The notes under the pieces are model-generated. The model was not told the DNA's origin. It searched no databases and saw only the letters and a list, made by a program, of their open reading frames with translations. This document shows positions 58,107 to 61,823 of a DNA stretch of 61,823 bases, in pieces. The stretch's first letter is position 1, and the number at the start of each line of letters is the position of its first letter. This DNA is from Macrostomum lignano. Taxonomy: Eukaryota. Position numbers and translations under genes: made by a program. Where the stretch lies: the NCBI GenBank assembly GCA_002269645.1, contig NIVC01004070.1:1-61823 (forward strand). Reading direction: 5' to 3'.

Positions 58107-59695
58107 ATGCCGCTGCTGCCGCTGCTGTCCTCTGGGCGGCTGGCCCGTCTGACCGCCTCTGGCCGCCGTCTTCTCAGCTCCACCAGCGGCGGCGCGCAGC
58201 CTCCCAAGACCGGCATCCTCATGCTGAACATGGGCGGGCCGGAGACACTGGACGATGTTGGCGACTTTCTGCACCGCCTGTTCAGTGACGGGGACTTGAT
58301 CCCGTTGCCCGCACAGTCTCGGCTGTCTAAGTACATCGCCAGGAGGCGCACCCCGGCCATCAGGGAGCAGTACTACCGCATTGGCGGCGGCAGCCCAATC
58401 CTCAAGTGGACTGAGGCTCAGGTGAGTCCCCGCTCAGGGGACAGTTTTAGCTTTTGTTTAGCTTCAATCTTAGTATTCGGTGAGTGGATGCAAATTTTCT
58501 AGCGATACTGGCTTGGCATTTCACATATGAGCTTCTGCATGTGTCCAAGTGCGAGACTCGGACTCACGATTGGCCAGGACCAGTGTCTGAGTTCTCTTTG
58601 CCAGCTCAAAGACACACGCGTCAAATTTCTGTTTATCCATCAGTGCGCAACCTTTTGCACACCCTATAAGAGATTCGCTTCAAATTGTTTCCTTGCTTCT
58701 CTTCAGTAGGCGATCTCTCTTATATATCACTGTTCGGGTGCCGATATGTATCGTAAATAACTTTCCAGCATGTCAGACTTCGTAGGAGCTGACCAGCCAT
58801 GAAAGCTGACCATGGGAGAATTATCCCCAAACCCGCAGGGCCGCGCCATGACGGCTCAGCTGGACCGGCTGAGCCCGGGATCGGCGCCGCATCGCCACTA
58901 CGTTGGCTTCCGCTACGCCCGGCCGCTGCTGGAGGACGCCGTGGAGGCGATGGAGCGGGACGGCGTGCAGCACGCGATCGCCTTCTCACAGTACCCGCAG
59001 TACTCCTGCAGCACCAGCGGCAGCTCCTTCAACGCGCTGGCCGCGTACTACCGCAAGCGCAGCGGGGCCAGCAGCATTCAGCGCTGGTCGCTCATCGACC
59101 GCTGGCCGGCGCACGCTGGCTTCGTGGCCGCCGTGGCGAGCGGGTTCGGCCAGAGCTGGATAGGCTGGGGCCGGAGGAACGGGCCCGCTGCGCGCTGCTG
59201 TTCTCCGCCCACTCGCTGCCCATGTCGGTGGTGAACCGGGGCGACCCGTACCCGGCTGAGGTGGCCGTCACCGCCCATATGGTGGCGCAGGCGCTGGGCC
59301 CCGGCAGCGTGCCGTACCGGCTGGTCTGGCAGTCCAAGGTGGGTCCGCTGCCCTGGCTGGGCCCCAGCACGGAGGAGGCCATCCGCGGCCTGGTGAAGCG
59401 CGGCCGCGACCAGCTGGTTCTGGTGCCCATCGCCTTCACCAGCGACCACATCGAGACGCTGTACGAGCTGGACGTCGAATACGCAGGCAAACTGGCCGGC
59501 GACCTCGGCGCCCGCGTCCTCCGCTCCGAGGCTCTCAACGACAGTCCGACCTTCGTGTCTGCGCTGGCCGACCTGGTGCTGCAGCACCTGGCCGAGGGCT
59601 GCACCGTCAGCTCGCAGTTCCAGCTGCGCTGCCCGCTGTGCACAAATCCCAGGTGCGCCGCGGCCAGGGAGTTCTTCGCCCAGCATGGCAACTGA
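58107..59695 (+). CDS. FECH: Ferrochelatase, mitochondrial; exons 58107-58421 and 58839-59695; frameshift near 59137
   Basis: [92 protein letters not shown], and the C-terminal [2Fe-2S] motif CPLCTNPRC. Confidence 0.96.
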
Positions 59696-60530
59696 CTGGC
59701 TGCTGTCTTACCGGTGCTGATCCTCCTTTATTGCGTCTGTTCAGCAATTGTATGTTTTTGTCTTACCGGCTGCATTCGGTTGACGATTTTGGTTTACCTG
59801 CGACGGCCCACAATGTATAACTGGGGCTGATATTTGCACCGCTTGTTCTTATAGTTAGTTATAGGCAGGTGCATGCCTTTGGCGCTGACCTGCTTCTCCC
59901 AGATTCCTTCGCTTTGTTCTGCTTTATTCGGCATTTTCAGCTAGTAAAAATGAATTGTATGGCTGTAACTGTGCATTAATTATTAATCATATCGAAATAA
60001 ACTCGGAGTTGCTGGCGCCTCTGTGAGAGCTCTGCAACTGATCAGCTTTACTACTTGACAGAATATCTAGTGTGGCTTCCTGGACAATCGTACCTGAGCC
60101 AATAATTAATGGAATGCGTTCTCGTTGCTGGGTTAATGTGATTTTTGCTGCGCTATTTGGCAGGTACTTTGTGAACTTATTAGAACCCAACAGGCAGACA
60201 TTATGGCTTATGCGGTCACATGATGCAATTACAGCTACGAATATGCACATGGAAGAGTCAAATGTAGCACCTCTAGCGAGCGGCGACTTCTCTTAACTCA
60301 TTCACTCTACACTCGGAGGGGTCTACTATAAAGCTGTCGTAGCGTAAGTTCGATCGTACGTCGGAACTTTTACACTGCGGAAATAAGAACAATCTTATGT
60401 TACGATGGCTTTGTAGAACTGGCCCGGATATTTTAACATGGCACTGAGAGGAATCTTAAACTCCAGATAGTTATCATTGCTTCACAATGGACTTCGGTGG
60501 GCTGGATTCCGGGACTTCAGAGGGGCCGTC

Positions 60531-60899
60531 TCCCCAGTGCTTCAGTGGACTGGCTCCCCAGTGCTTCAGTGGACTGGCTCCCCAGTGCTTCAGTGGACTG
60601 GCTCCCAGTGCTTCAGTGGACTGGCTCCCCAGTGCTTCAGTGGACTGGCTCCCCAGTGCTTCAGTGGACTGGCTCCCCAGTGCTTCAGTGGACTGGCTCC
60701 CCAGTGCTTCAGTGGACTGGCTCCCCAGTGCTTCAGTGGACTGGCTCCCCAGTGCTTCAGTGGACTGGCTCCCCAGTGCTTCAGTGGACTGGCTCCCCAG
60801 TGCTTCAGTGGACTGGCTCCCCAGTGCTTCAGTGGACTGGCTCCCCAGTGCTTCAGTGGACTGGCTCCCCAGTGCTTCAGTGGACTGGCTCCCAAGTGC
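60531..60899. repeat. 24-bp minisatellite, about 15 nearly identical copies
   Basis: Unit CAGTGCTTCAGTGGACTGGCTCCC. Confidence 0.97.
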
Positions 60900-61693
60900 A
60901 TGTACTAAACTTATTTTTTTAAAAGGCTCAAAAGATTTTCATGAAACTTGCACCGTTCGATCATAAAGGCACTAGAATGTTTCGCAAACAAACTCATTTA
61001 TTAAATCTGAAGTACTTTTGGCAAGGATGACTAAAGTAACGCATATATATACTTAAGTAGTCCTTGACTTTTGGTTGGATTAGAAGCCGCAAAGTGAAAT
61101 ATTTATTATTTGATTTTGCTTTAGATTTTAAATATTTATATTTTGCTTTAACTCGATAGATAGAAACTTCTCTTTAGTTGGTTGGAGCCCTACTATAGCT
61201 TGTATTTGTATACACGAGTATTCAGTATTAGTAGTTCTTGAGCAGAAGACAGGCCCCTGCTGAATGTAAGGTTGGTTGGCTTACTTCTAAGGCTTTGTCC
61301 AGCGAGTCAGGCTGTGGAGAGAGGCTTCTTTCTGTGTGTACAGTCATTTAGCGCTGGAAGGCGGGGACAGGCGAAAAGAATGTACATTGACGCAGGGCAG
61401 AGTGTACATTTGTGCACGGCAAGGGGTTTCTAGAAAGAGTCGAGGCATTGGGCTTCATTTCTCTCCCCGCGGCGCAGCAGGGAGAGGCTGACAGGCGCTG
61501 TGGGTAGGTAGGGCCTGGCTTGTACATTAAACCTATTATAAAAGAAGAAGGCAAGCAACGACAAGAATGAAAACGAAAAATGAAAACTGAGGCTTCCGGA
61601 TTTAGCAGATAATTTGTTTTCTGTTTTTACGTTTTTAAATTAAAAAGCGAGTCAGAAAGCTGAATAAAACTCTGACATCATCGTCTCAAGCAA

Positions 61694-61823
61694 ATGGCCA
61701 CCGATCTCAGAGACAAACTCAAAAGAAGGCATTCCCCACTGCTCGATGAGTCCGAGCCCAGCGTCAAGTCAGCCGAGCCCACAGAGAAGCACCTGACGGA
61801 GCTGCGGCAGTGGCGCTTCGCCC
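61694..61823 (+). CDS. Start of an unidentified gene, runs off the right edge
   Basis: ATG after an AT-rich stretch, then GC-rich codon-like sequence MATDLRDKLKRRHSPLLDESEPSVKSAEPTEKHLTELRQWRFA with no stop. Confidence 0.5.
   Translation, partial: MATDLRDKLKRRHSPLLDESEPSVKSAEPTEKHLTELRQWRFA

Noticed and set aside
59130-59145. Programmed ribosomal frameshifting in FECH (and GLRX3)
   Set aside because: No slippery heptamer is evident, and all shifts in the window share the same missing-base direction, which favours consensus error.
59078-59691. Long antisense or alternative-frame ORFs over FECH, the kinase, GLRX3, DGAT1 and the LINE
   Set aside because: These are expected shadows of GC-rich coding sequence and carry no domain motifs.
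9175-60899. Tandem arrays as CRISPR loci
   Set aside because: Units are head-to-tail with no unique spacers, there are no cas genes, and the context is eukaryotic with introns.

Overview
Eukaryotic (metazoan) genomic DNA. GC-rich coding exons with GT-AG introns sit in an AT-rich background that is dense with private minisatellites and transposons. The style resembles a free-living flatworm such as Macrostomum; this is an inference and needs a database search. Genes reconstructed by hand: a Cys-loop ligand-gated channel (5' part, off the left edge), a class II aldolase/adducin-head protein with a mitochondrial-type presequence, GLRX3/PICOT, a HOIP-like B-box+NZF mini-protein, a secreted PAN + ALK/LTK-type glycine-rich protein, an ankyrin-repeat Ser/Thr kinase, an unannotated 101-aa Cys-rich lipidation-motif protein, then a co-directional run DGAT1 > MRPL46 > ferrochelatase > a partial gene. 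Mobile DNA: a Penelope-like fragment, a tRNA-derived SINE with a 13-bp TSD, a mariner, a Gypsy remnant, nested MITE/foldback elements, and a near full-length RNase H-bearing LINE inserted into an intronic minisatellite of DGAT1. Most notable: (1) MRPL46 has no genomic ATG and starts at an unpaired splice acceptor, which fits an initiator AUG donated by a flatworm spliced leader inside an operon-like cluster; (2) intronic minisatellites whose units are amplified splice sites; (3) recurrent frameshifts repaired by adding single bases, most likely long-read consensus errors.
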